Shown one piece after another: positions 13,201 to 26,600 of a stretch of 64,000 bases of DNA. Location of the stretch: NCBI GenBank assembly GCA_002633005.1, contig NMRA01000044.1, positions 1,162,283-1,226,282 on the forward strand, in the 5' to 3' direction. The translations under genes and the position numbers were made by a program. This DNA is from Phoronis australis. Taxonomy: Eukaryota > Animalia > Phoronida. The notes under the pieces are model-generated. The model saw only the letters and a program-made list of their open reading frames with translations, had not been told where the DNA came from and did not search any database. Numbering within the stretch: the first letter of the stretch is position 1; the number at the start of each line of letters is the position of its first letter.

Positions 13201-16200
13201 ATACATTTGCTTTGAGTGAAATATTAGCATTTGTGTAGTGTGCGTACCCCCATAATTTAAATTGTACCTATTTTCAAAGTATGGCAGATATGCACATGAA
13301 TGCTGTGCTTTTTATGTTTTCTCTTTGAATTGATTGAGTAAATCAACTAACTCTCAGTAGATTCTTAGTATTTAGTTGCAAACCTGACATGTAATTGAAA
13401 TGTAGTGTACGTAGCCCCATGAGAATAAATACCATGAAACAAAAATATTACATGGTAAGTAAGCAACACTTGTCACAGACAGTTCCCTCAATTAAAAATG
13501 CTAGGTTAAAAGGGTGTTAATTACAAATACATTTGTTTTGAGTGAAATATTAGCATTTGTGTAGTGTACGTACTCCTATATTTTAACATGTGCCTGTTTT
13601 CAAGGAATGACAGACAGATATGCACATGACTGTATGCTGTACTTTTAATTTGTTCTCTTTGAATAGATTTGGTAAATGAACTATCTATCAGTTGATTTTA
13701 ATTATTTCTATAATTTGAAAAGTCATTGAAATGTAGTGTACATACCCCTGTGTAGTGTACGTACCTTCAACATCTGTGCTATAAAGTATTGCCCACAAGG
13801 ATTTTTACATACTGCTGTTCTCATGAACAATACTGATATTTCAAAATGAATAAAGTCTGACAAAAAAACAGTGGACATTATCAAATTTGTGGACAATAAA
13901 ATGCCACACAGGACTTGGCTAGTACTGAAAATCCTAGAAGACACGTCATGTGACAGCTGATGTTGCAAAGGCAGGTTCTCTATCTCTCAAGACAACTTCA
14001 ACTTGCAACAAACCAACAAGTAGAGGCAGCACAAAACTCGAGACCATTCCATACATTTGTAACTTAGTCAAAGTTTGACGTTGATTGACTGTGCGTAGTG
14101 TACGTACCCCCAACCAGTACCATTTTTTACTGTTTACAAGTTGAACACTGGGCCTAGCATTGCTTTAACTATTTTAACCAACTGGTGAATTTCTTGAAAA
14201 CTAGGCAAGTAGCACCAATAAAGTTTTTGAAAAAAGTAGTTACTTGTCATTTTCTTTTTGTTAGAATCATACTGCAAGAGAAGAAGTTCTTATTATACTG
14301 TGTTAAGATAAGAAGTGTAATGATCATCCAGGACAACTTGATCAGCACGGTAATAACTTTTCTTACTTTAGTATGTGATACTTCTTCAATTTGATCAAGA
14401 ACTCATTAAATTAACAGCTACCTTATGAATTTTTGCATGACAGAAGTGGGCTGTGACCACAAGTTGTAGTGTATGTACCCTTTTATACAGATGTGATGCA
14501 TTAGGCCATAAAATTTTATTCGGTGGTTCTTGCGTAAAAATATTTTAGATTACAAACCTGGAATGATGGTACTTTATAATAACCCAGCTTTTACAATTAT
14601 TTGACAACCTTCATTTTTCACCAAAAGTGGCCAACGAATATGGACCTTGATTGTGATTTGCCCGAAACCCTTTAATGTTCCTCTAAGTCAAAGGTTCAGT
14701 TCAGTGGCCGGTTGCATGAAACGGTTCCAAATAGGCACTCAGCTAAGGTTCCGAAGTCTTTTTGCGTATTTGTGTCTTTATGGACTCACAGATGCAATAT
14801 TTTTCTATCATTTCATCTTTATTGTGAGCTCCTCTTTGATTAATCAAATTTTCTAATAATATAACTAAAATCTGAGCCCAGAGTTCATTGAAAATAAATA
14901 GGGACTCATCCCTTATATTGGGGGTGTTGCATGAAAAGATCCCTACTTATTTTCGATAATATTGACAATTCAATGTAGAGTTCACTCTCAATTTGTATCA
15001 AAGTTAAAGTTGACTTAGTAATGAAACTAAAACAATACAAGAAAGGGCATTCATTGTTTTCACAAGTTCAAAAATACGCAGTAGACTTAGCGAACTTAAT
15101 TGAATCCTTATTTGGGACTGTTTCATGCAACCGGACACTGGGCCCTAAACGTTTGTGGAATGGTGCCGTTTTTGTATAAGCTTCCGTTTCATGTCCTGAA
15201 ATACACACCACTAGGGCTTGCTACAAAATTAATTACATGCACTGAAACCACACAAAGAAGCCTTACAGCTAGCACGCAAAATTCCGGGTTGTTACTAAGT
15301 TCATAAAAGTACGTTTTTACGGAAGCAAAGACAGGTCAACCATTCTCAGTAGAAAACAACCTTTTTAGAAGAAGTAATTCATGTTCGTCATATGCCCAGC
15401 GATGAACAAAATTTGTGGTTCTGCTAACAGATAAGAACGGCGATAAAGAAGGGAACAAATAAGTCATCGATCGTGACCAGCAATAACGGAAGAACACACT
15501 GAAGTCGAACATTTAGGTAGTAAAAACCTACGTATTCTCCCTCGGACTTGACTTTATATCTAGGCAGTATCCTGAACTGAGCGGTTTTGCCGTTGAACGG
15601 GTGTAGTGAAACAAGCATGTTATTCTTATCCCGCTGACTAGTCTGTGTCGTGCTGATGTGGACAAACTTGCCCGTGAAGAGGTGTTTAAGCTGTAACAAA
15701 TATTTATTAGTACATTGTGAAAGTTGTATGATCACAGCTAAATATTCATAGTGCACATTTGTTACGAATCACTGGCGTGTTTTACAGCACTGATGTGATG
15801 CGCTATCGCCCTGTCCACACGGCCCCGTTTTCATTTGAAAACGCAACTTTTTTGTGTTTGCAAAAAAAGTTCTCCGTCCATACGTATCGCAAATAGGAGT
15901 GTAGTACAATAATGACATACCGGTAGTAAACTCTTTGGTGCAGTGCACAGTCAAATGACCTGCCGCTCGAACACGGCACGCGCGTTGTCGCTTTATTCAT
16001 AAGCTGCACTTGATTGCACTTTGCCAGTTCGGCCGGGTTAACCGCCTAAAACATCTGAATGGTTCTCTGTGACGACTTACCCTCTGACACAGCGCCACCT
16101 ATACTACCTTTCGTGGCACTGTGAAAGAGTGTAGGTGACGGCTTTAAATGTCTTGGCTGGTTAACCTGAATAAACCGAACCTTCAAAGTCAACCAAGTGC

Positions 16201-19200
16201 AGTCACAGAAATATGCCATAAATTAGATTCTCTGCTACGGGCACCACTCGCTGGTTCCCTGCGTGCCGCTAGATGGGGCGGTAGCCGCGCCAGCACGCAG
16301 GTATCACTTAAATTTCCTCTGTAAATTTTTTTACACCGGCGTTTCTAATTGGCTAGTCGAATTCTCAACAGGCAGCGCTTTGCGCAAACAAACTGGCATG
16401 ACTGATGGACTGAAGTGTAAATGTGGTCTGTTGTACAAACAAATCGGTGCTTAAAATTATGTTCAGGAAATGTGAAGCCTAGAAATTGTAATATTGAGCC
16501 TTTTCGGAATACATCTTTCTACTGTCGATGACTTTTGTTTACGATAGTGTCCTTATACAGTATGAATAACACACCGGTTAAATCGGTCACATAATATGTG
16601 TTTATTGTGCATGTATGTGCTTCAAGCACGCGGCTATTAAACATCACTTCAGAAACGACAAGGCTAAAAATCGTTCACATTCCGCCATTTTTTCACGGTG
16701 TTGTAAAGCTAGCCAATGACTGCCAAGATTACATCGACCAATGCTAAAGCACGTGCCACTGCGTGATACCTGCGTGCTGGCTGGGCTAAGCACGCAGGGA
16801 ACCAGCGAGCGGGCACCAGCGAATTCTAGCGAGAGAGGGGTCTGGAATGGGTAATTATTAACAAGCGAGTCTGGCTGATTCATTCGCTGACTTCTCCAGC
16901 CTTTGAAAGCTTAGTAACTAAGGAGTTCTTCTCATTACTGTTTGTTCACCACACTTCTAACACTATGAATTTTAGTGAGAGTAAGAAATCGAACGCCACG
17001 CAAGATCTCGACTAGTCATGTATTGTATTTGTGTTTTGATCAATGTGATGTCATGCGCATAAAAGTAGGCCTACACGCAAAGTGCTCTATTAGTGGCATA
17101 AATGATTCAGAGTGTCATTTGCCAGTAATATTGTGAGTAAAGTCAAAATGTACGGATAATGGCAAGATATCTATGAATTTTTTACCGTTTACATACGCCT
17201 TCTTTTAATCAATCAGTCAATATAACTTCGTTATATTGACTGATTGAGCGCAAAGAGAGATTTTGCAAAGATTTTGGTCTCAGTTGACACCTTACGTATA
17301 TGCGCGAGGCCTACACAATTAGTAAAGAGTACAGTTTCATCAATCTGTCGTGAACAGCCCCCGAATATAAGCATAATCCTGGCTCTTCCTCCAAACAACA
17401 ACTACTCCAGAGTTTCAATCGTGTTTTTTGTTATTTTACTAACTAAGGAATATACCACAAGACTTCTTTCAAGTAAAACGTTGTAAAAACGCAAGTGGGT
17501 AACAATTTAAAGGGACATTACTGAAAAGAGAGCATCAAAAGCTTATTTAAAAGCAGTACTGCAGTGGTAAAATTAGAGGTACTGTAACCAGGCGTCCAAA
17601 ACCTAGCGAATCGCCTTGAGTACCGAATTTTAAAGGGGCATTGAACTCGCAAAGCCCACGTGTAGGCCTATTTTTTATTCACGAGTTTGTATTTGCTTCT
17701 AGTCTGCAGTGACAAATCTAGGATGTCGCAGAAAGGGGGACCAACCACGCATAATCGAAGGCAACGGTTTGCGTGCATTCCAAGCGGTCTCTGAAGGGGG
17801 CCCAAACACAATTATAAGGAAAATAGGCGCGCAACGCCCAGAAACGATATGCTAGAAGCGTTTTTAGTCTCGCATGGGGTGTCCTTGGGGTCCTTCGGTC
17901 GCCTTTTATCCGCCTGTGGTATGAAACCATTACTTTATCTTGAAATATTAATCTAAAACACATGTTACTCCGTACGCTTCAAAGACTAATTGTACAAACA
18001 CAATGCTGCAGAAGCAATGATGTTTCAATGAGCTGAACACTATGTACAATGCGCACACGTGCATGCGGTCATGTATAACGCACAAACTTGGAGTAGGGTT
18101 TTCTTGCAAGCAGCTGCTCTTACTTTTCATTTAGTTATGAAGTTGGTAAAATACCAGGTACTAGTGATTTGTCCAAAGATAGAGTGCTTAGTTACAGAAT
18201 CCTCCACAAACTTTTCAGTCAGCAGTCTTGTTCTTTTCAAAGTTACATGATCTGGGCTGAGAATTATCAACAGTTCTGTTCTGTCGACTCGTTTCGGCAA
18301 TAGGTTGTAGTTCGAACATTGAAAGTGGGAGACTATTGACCTCGTCAAATAGCGAGATGGAGCTTGTTTCTAATAGCAAACAAGAGCAAGCGTCTGTTAC
18401 TATCCGATTCGTTTCGCTGAATCCTTGTTCACATTCAGCTTTACTTCAAGGAAGATTCTTATGCAGAGGTCCAGTTGTCGCAGAGCACTTGGTAGGTTTT
18501 CTTCCCTGTATCTTCCATTGCTACGAACTCCGATTGCTGCTGTGGCAACCAGTCCAAACAGCTCGCAAGTACGCTCGACTTCGTGCTTGACATATCTTAT
18601 CCCGGATCCCATCGGCCCCGTTTTTTGGGGTCCAAAATGCCCAGAAGAGAGCAAAATGACTGCTCATCATCGTCAAGTAAACGCCCCTACAAGTCCAACA
18701 CTTTGAATGAATGGTCACGTTTATTCCTTTAAGGGCTTCCTTCAGCTCCAGTAACACCATAGACTATAGTACATGGACCGCCAACTCCGTATATTTTCAG
18801 TGGACGAACTGTGATCTTACGCAGAAGCCCTGACGTCATTATTCACTGGCGACACCTGTCAAAATTACCAAGTTTTACTTCCGGCAAGAACGTCGTCTTC
18901 TATCATGGTCGGCTGTTGTGTCAGTGGTCGGGGGTTAAAAGTACTCACGATACCAACCGGAAACTGAAACTGGTAATTTAGGAGAGTGGCGCCTCCTCTA
19001 GGATACTACGCAAGAAAATATCAGAGTTGCGAATCTGTTGTCTATAATCTATGGTGACACAAACCTCTTCTGTTGAACGCATGTCAGTGCATTGGCGAAT
19101 ACCTGCCCAGGATTACCAACCATTGGTTTAAGGAAGCGAACCGTCCGCGGAATAAGCTTGTGGTATTGTTGTTTCTGTGTTGCAGATCCTGAGACTGGCT

Positions 19201-22200
19201 TGACAGCTCTTCTTGCACACCGTGCATAAGCTCAAGATTCAATGAAGGTGGGACTTTCTCACTATCACAACAATCCCAAACACATGCCCAGACCTCATGA
19301 ACCACGATTTCTGTCTTCATTGGCTAGCTCGGATTGTTGATTTTAACTGCCCTCAAGCCCTCAAATTTTAACACTTTTTAATTCAGCAGCAATAGTTTCG
19401 TCTCGTTTGGACGAGCCCATTGCAATGACCAACGGTAGGTACCGTATTCACTGCTTTCAAAGAGCAAAGTTGGAATGAAGCTGTTTACTTCTGATGACTC
19501 GTACCTGATGTTTGCCAATCATGAAAGCATGGCTAGTGGTGGTCGCTCGCGCCGGAATTTTCGGCAACAATGCTGTCGTCAGCGTAGCAGTGCATTGATA
19601 CCGTAACCTATCTATCAAGACTACGCACCACTTTACCGTCACTTACTGTTCGTAGGCGGTTCGTTAAAATGCAAAAAGGTGGTTGGTTGCGCCTACGTGT
19701 GCCTACGCTCCCCTACAGCACTGTTTAAAAGGACACTAAACCTTGTTTCAACGATTTCAACAAGTCCTTATTCTGCCACGTGCTAATGCATTATTGGATT
19801 CGCACTTGAGTGAAAAAATCAGGATTCAGCTAAAAACACACCCTCTGTGTTCCAGATAGGATTTTATGGTTCTTTGTGGGTGGTCTTTCCCTACAGTTGT
19901 CGTGTAACTCGCTTGAAGCGTAGGCCACGCTTGCCCGTTTTGCAGACATTGTAAGGAATTCTCAAATTTGTCTCGAAACATTTGAAGGTTGCCGATGATT
20001 ACAGGTCATTATTTTGTTTGAGCGAAATGGATGTGATTGTCATTTTCAATATGTGTTAGTAGGACTAAACCGGGCTTAGTATCTTTTTAAGTGATGAAGC
20101 CACAGCCATTGATTCCAGCAAATGTCTGTCAGACACTGATTAGAATTGGCGATTTATAACAAAATCATAAAGACACAACGGATTTTGCTGCTTTATGGCT
20201 CTGATCAAAGCAAATCCCACCAAAAAGAATCAACATAATGCATTTTCTCCTGTAAAATTGATAATGTCACTTTCTCTACAATATTACTTATTTGAGCATG
20301 TGTGCAGACGTGTTACGTTTTCACTGAAAATGATTTCAACTTCAAATGTTAGGACCCGTTCGACTCGTGATCTAACGCAATAATACAGCAAAATGAATAA
20401 ATGTATGAAGCGCAACAGATGGATTCGCTTCTCTCCACTGTTACGTTTCTTTGTAACTCTAACTTGTGTTTAAAAATCTGTACCCGCTATGACATGGGCG
20501 TTCGTACTTGAAACGAAACAGCTGGCATGCACTGAATTTTACCTGAATGATCTCTCCATAGCGCACTTTCTTGCCGTGCTGACGTTTCTGTTCGGCTACG
20601 TTATCCTGGTCTTCAGCGCGTGCTGCTGCCTGGAATGCCGGAGAGGATGTCAAGACGATGTCGTGGCTACATACAATTTCATCAGTTTTGTTTTTAACGA
20701 TACTCTTTCCTTTACGTTCACACAGGGTGTGTTCGTCACTCGAAAGATATCACTAAAATATGAACACTTAGTAACTTTCATCCCTGTTTCCTTGCCTTAT
20801 TTTACTTTTGTTTTTTTTTTATTTTTTCATTTAAAATAAAGCGGAGAGAGCTCAATATATTTAAGGATAATTTTGGTGAACGCAAACTTCCTTAAAATTA
20901 CGAGACCACATACATGTAATAACATTCTACTACAATTATTTTTCTTCCAAAAGAGGGTTCGCGCAATATCCGTTTTACGTTACAGTACGCTAACGTTTCA
21001 GCGCATGTTTTAATTCAAATAAATATTGAGAAAATGCGAAATTTTTAACAGTCACAATGATTTCCATTAGTGTAATCGTTTTCATTTTGATTGAGTTTAA
21101 ATGGTCAGAATTGTCTGGAAAGGTTCCAATGAAGATGATTATAGACAAAAGACGAGAGAAATGAAAAAATAAACAACATTATCCAATCAATCAGCGCCAT
21201 GAGAGGTTTTCCTTTTCACAACGTGTGGGTCCTTATCGGGTTCTAGTGTCATTCATGACGCCTCTTAGTACTGAGATAAGAGCGAATCAAAGTATTCGCT
21301 TTCAGTTGTGCGACTCAGGTTCACTTGGTACGAAAGTGAAACTTTTTCGTCGTCTGTTATATGTTTATACATGAAATTACCAAAGAGCAGCGGAGCAAGA
21401 CATAAATCTGCCCTACCCGAGCTTGGGACAGCTGTGCCTTGAGTTCAACATTCTCCGAGTCCTTGTCGCAGGCACTGACGCATTTTCGGCAATTCTTATT
21501 GAGCTTATATCTGTTCTGTATGCATACTTGGAATATTATGGCTGCAAAGACGTGACAAGTAATAATGAAAGATAATATATTACAGTGTTCACAGTTTACT
21601 GGAGTTGAAGAATTTATGGAATCGCCTCGGTTTGAGTTATGAAAATAAAATCAAATGCGTATTGGAAATTACAATATGAGTGTCACACATGCGTAGAGGG
21701 TGTCCCAAATATGTTAACAGAAATTCTCCGAAATGTCAATGTAAAAAACTTTCTTCTGGATCCAATTGTGTTAATCCAGAATCCCAAGTTTCTTTTGCAA
21801 GCTACAGAAGTGTTTTAATGCATTAATTCCCAATAATGCAAAAAGTTGTACAACCTAAGCTATAATAATGATAAACACATACATCACTGAGCACGAACAG
21901 ATGACATCTGTGTAGAGTTCAGTAATGCTAGGGTCTCGCTAAAAAGCAAGACTTCGCGAGATTACGTGAGATATTGCCGTGTATTTTAAAGTTATTGTCA
22001 TTGAAATCATGCTAGACCCTGCTACGCTCACAGCAGCCTCCCCGGTGGGCAAAACTTGGCGAACGTTCAGTAGCGCTAGGACCTACGCTAGCATCTGGCT
22101 AAAATCTAGCCAGAATCACGTGTTCTGTTTCAAAACACACGGCAATATCCAACGTAATCTCGCGAAGTCTTGCTTTTTAGCGAGGTCCCAGGGTTACTGA

Positions 22201-23623
22201 ACGGGAGGCTGGGTTCAGCTGCCACAGAAGTTGGGCAGATCTTGTACATCAACGTTGCATTCTCGATATTTCAATTGGAGCTACACAACTGGATGTGTTT
22301 GTGACAAAACTTTTTTCTTTAATTTGTTTTCTGCAACAAAAATCTACCGTGTCACTTAAAATACTGCAAAACAAACTTTGCGATTCCTGGAATCAGAGGA
22401 ACACCAGTATGAGAATTCACAACAAGGTCATATTTTGGTACTCAAATTTTGAACTATTTGAGTGAAAATTTTTGGAACAACCTGTACATTCCGATGTAAT
22501 GTCTGGAAAAAACAGTTTCAAATCTTACGCAATCAAAAATTACAGACTGCTAAAGCTGTTTGAGTAAACGTACAGCTGTATACGATCATACGCGATGTCT
22601 GGAAACAAACTTTAATATAAATAAATTACATAACACCTAAAGCGGCATTAGTCGGATATAGCGGTCCCAGATTTTGAAACTGTTTTTCAAAATCAGGGAC
22701 CGCTATAACCGACTAGTGCCCACCTGAGCTGCTCGGTTTCATTTACCATATTGTAGATATGGCCTTCCTTCAATACTTCCCCCATGCATTTTAACAATTT
22801 TCAAAGACTATCTTCTGAAAGACAATTATTTTAGAGAATAGGTTCGTCAATTATTTTACAAAGTTAGTTTTCCGAGAAATTTTGTAATTTACCACGGTAC
22901 TTTGTTCCTTATGTATATTCAACAACAGGAAATCGTGTTAAAGGTTAATGCAGGTGCGACATAAGCGACCAAGCTGTTGCACACAATCATTTGAATTTGT
23001 TCCTACAGCAACGAAATGTTTATCATGAATCATATGATTAATGGCACAGTAAATTAGTAATAGTCCACGACCTGTTGATGAATGTGTTCCGTAGTCGCGA
23101 GAAACTAGCGAAAAATCAAGATCAAGTAAGACCACGCAAGACCACGCATACTCACACAGGTGAAAGACGAATATTTTGCGAGTATGATCGGAATTTCTTT
23201 CACTTCCAGTATTAATTATTTTCACTTTTGTTTAATCATGTCAGATCCAACATCATTGTGTTTTGTTTTTCAGCACACTGACATCTGAGTTTAAGCAGAT
23301 TATATAAACAAGTGACGATAGTCGAATAAAAATGACATTTCGATGTTATTAGAAATGCAACCTGTATTTGTAGACAACTCAGGGTTTTAACTCATTAACC
23401 TCACTGGTGCAACAACTCGTACATATGCATAAAATGTGCTCCCTACTCACCGTGCGGGTTCGGAACACGCTCGGGTCGTTTTCGGTCTTGACCTTGAAAT
23501 ATGTACAAACCATTGTGCGTTGAACTGCAAAAAAGCTTAAAATCAATACTCCAACATGCAATAGGTCAAACTGAAAACTGAAGGTGAACTCAGTTTAATT
23601 CATCCAATAATTTTTCAATAATT

Positions 23624-23682
<59 letters not shown>

Positions 23683-26600
23683 CTTGTTCTTGTTCTTGTT
23701 CTTGTTCTTGTTGTTCTTGTTCTTGCTGTTGTTGTTCTTGTTATATTTGAATGTTTACAATACCACTCAAATAAAAGTTATCGCTGACACTCCACAAAAC
23801 AAGACTAAACTGAAAGGTAGTACAAATGTTAAAAAGTAAGTAAGTAATATTTTATAAAAATAGAAATATGTAAACAAAAATAAAGATATGTACATAGAGA
23901 CAGTCTAAACAATAACAAGCAACTGTTTGAAAACGAAAACAAATATCAACATACAAAACAAGGTTAATTTCAAGCTGAGGAATACCTTAAAAGACAGGTG
24001 AGTTAAACACGTATTAAATTAACATGTACTGAAAAGTACTTAGGATAGGAACCTTGGAATAATGTCTCTTTTGTGTTCGTTCTGAACGATATGTAACTTG
24101 AATAGTTCTGGACACACAGATGGTTCCTAAGTAATGGATCAGACAGAACATGCGCGCACCCAGGGGGGCTCAGCGGGTCACGAACGAGCCCCCCCCCACC
24201 CCATTTGGGGAAGTGGGCAAAAAGGTAGGCCACAGAGAAAAAAAAACGAAAAAAGTAGAAAACTAGACAAAAGTCCACTAAAAGGCATGAACAGCCAAAA
24301 TTTGGCGACTGCGCAATCCATTGCTCAGACCGTATCCGATGAATCTTAGTAAAAGGACCATATTCTCAAAAATTCGAGCCCCCCATTTTTAGGCTGGGTG
24401 CACGCATACAGAATATGGTTTAGCCCTGGCTTTCACTTAACTTTGTTTTACCCAGGGCACAGCAAATTTATTAGTGTAAGATGTCTTTGTGCGATAAAAA
24501 GAGGTAAGTAGTTCAAAGAAGATTTAAGATAATCTGAGGCAACACCGTGTAAACACCTGTGTGCCACCCGGAGAATTTTGAATCTTGTACGAAATTTAAT
24601 GGGTTTTCGGTGGAGTTTTTTTGAAGCATTCTGTAACATAGCCATATTTTGGAAAATATAGATTGTCCTATCGGCCATATTCTCAAGTTTTTGTTTTTTA
24701 GGTAGCGATGTCTCGGGTACTTCGAAAAGTTAGCCTTGAAATACATTAACTGTATCAATTTAAAACGCGCGTTTTTTTCAAAACACATTTTTCAAACTGA
24801 AAAACGTGCTAACCGCAGATTAAATTCTTTATTTATTGACTCTTTGCCAACTTCACAGATTATATTAAACCTGAAAAAAATGGTTTTGGCAAACACCCGA
24901 AAGCTAAGCAGCGCAAAAATAAAGGAAAACAAGTTCTAGGATAAATTCTTGCGCTTACATTGAAACAATCCGTTTCCTTACAAAATGCTTAAGATTTTGT
25001 CTATAGGTGCATGCGCTTAAGCTCCTTTTACTCGGCAAGCGGCTATCTTCTGCGCATGTGCACGCCTAACATGTGTGTCTTCTGTCCATTCATTGTGCTT
25101 GTCATTTGAATAATTCAAATCATATGAGCATGCTCCAACATCAGACTTCTCATAGAAAAGTCAAGCTTCTGTCACTCGCACCTTCTTTTTGCTCCACTGT
25201 TTCTCACATAGGCGCATGCGCCTAATTGTGGATGCAGGAACAGTTATAAGCAAAAGGGCCTAGCATCAATACGCACGAATAAACTCACGGTATATACAAA
25301 ATGCCTTCAAATCTGGGATTGTATTTTTCCTTTACAGACTATGAGACAAAGAAGTCATTATTTCTCTTACAACAGCGACTGGATGCTTGCCAAAAATAAA
25401 TGCTTGGTCATGAACTCTTGCCATCAGTCAGGTACGCCAGGTGGAAATTTGAATTCGTAACATTTCCGTGTTTTCGTGAAGACATCTTGCTCGTTGGCTG
25501 GTCAGTGATATACTAATCTTACAAAAAATAAATGACTTTTTAAAATACATAACTGACCTGTGAACTGATATCAGTTTGTATTGGTATGCGAGTCTCTAAG
25601 AGACGTTTTGCGCATACCAAAACGAAAATGCGGAAATTACGTAAACGTTTCTTTTAATGACAACGCCTTTTTAAGCGAGTGATTATTCATAAGCCATTCT
25701 CGCAGATCCTAGATGATTAGTTGTGCGAACACCCGCGTGACTTCCCGCATGTTTACGCTACCTCGAGCTATCGATCGTAGAATACCGGGTTTACCTTGAA
25801 GTAACACGTTAAACGGATTTCAATGCTGCTTGCGAAAGTGTACCAAAGTAGATCAAAACTAGTCGGTTACGTTACATCGATCCGAGTACATCAATTTTAT
25901 GCTAATACTACAAATGACGCTTGCTGATAATCCGACAGAAATTGAAAAAGTGACATTCTTGATTAAATTCTGTAGTTATTTAACGCAACATCATGTTAGA
26001 GGAGTTTGGTCCAATTTGGTTTGTCACACGATTCGTTTTCAAAGACTTTAAATGAAGATGAAACTCGAACATTCTCACCACTAGTACAAAATTCTCCGAA
26101 CATTTCAAGAGCTTTCTTTGCTTTGCGAAAATAAAAACAAATGCTTTAAAATGAAAAGACCCTTTATTAATTCTTGGCATTCGACATTTGGAGTGGCTGT
26201 TCCATAACGCGAGGCATTCGCGTTAGAGATCACGTGCTTCGTATGTCATGCATGGCGATATTTCGCGATAAATTACATGATCTCGGAAAACTCCAAGAAA
26301 CTTGTCTTACGGTAGCACATCACGAAACTAAAACTGAACTGGTCACGTAGGCAATCGTAAAGTGGTTGACAATGGAATTTCTTTGCAACATTAACTGCAA
26401 CGTCAAAGCGTCATGAATATTATCGAGTTGTATTTCGACTACGGAGATTAGAGCTCGGGCCCAGATCAAAGATTATCGAAGAGACATTTGCATATTTCGA
26501 TCGTATGTATGAATACGAGATATTATTCGAACTACAGACAACGAAACACAGATTCCAATTAATACCTTCTTGACATTTACCGACTACGGTTTCTTCTCGA

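Noticed and set aside
12900-14480. CRISPR-like array (repeated 17-bp motif with spacers)
   Set aside because: Spacing is irregular (about 19-370 bp), some spacers are duplicates of each other, there are no cas genes, the context is a eukaryotic intron, and the array sits inside transposon TIRs.
23624-23839. Poly-Leu/Phe 'membrane protein' ORF
   Set aside because: Translation of the (GTT)n/(GTTCTT)n microsatellite.
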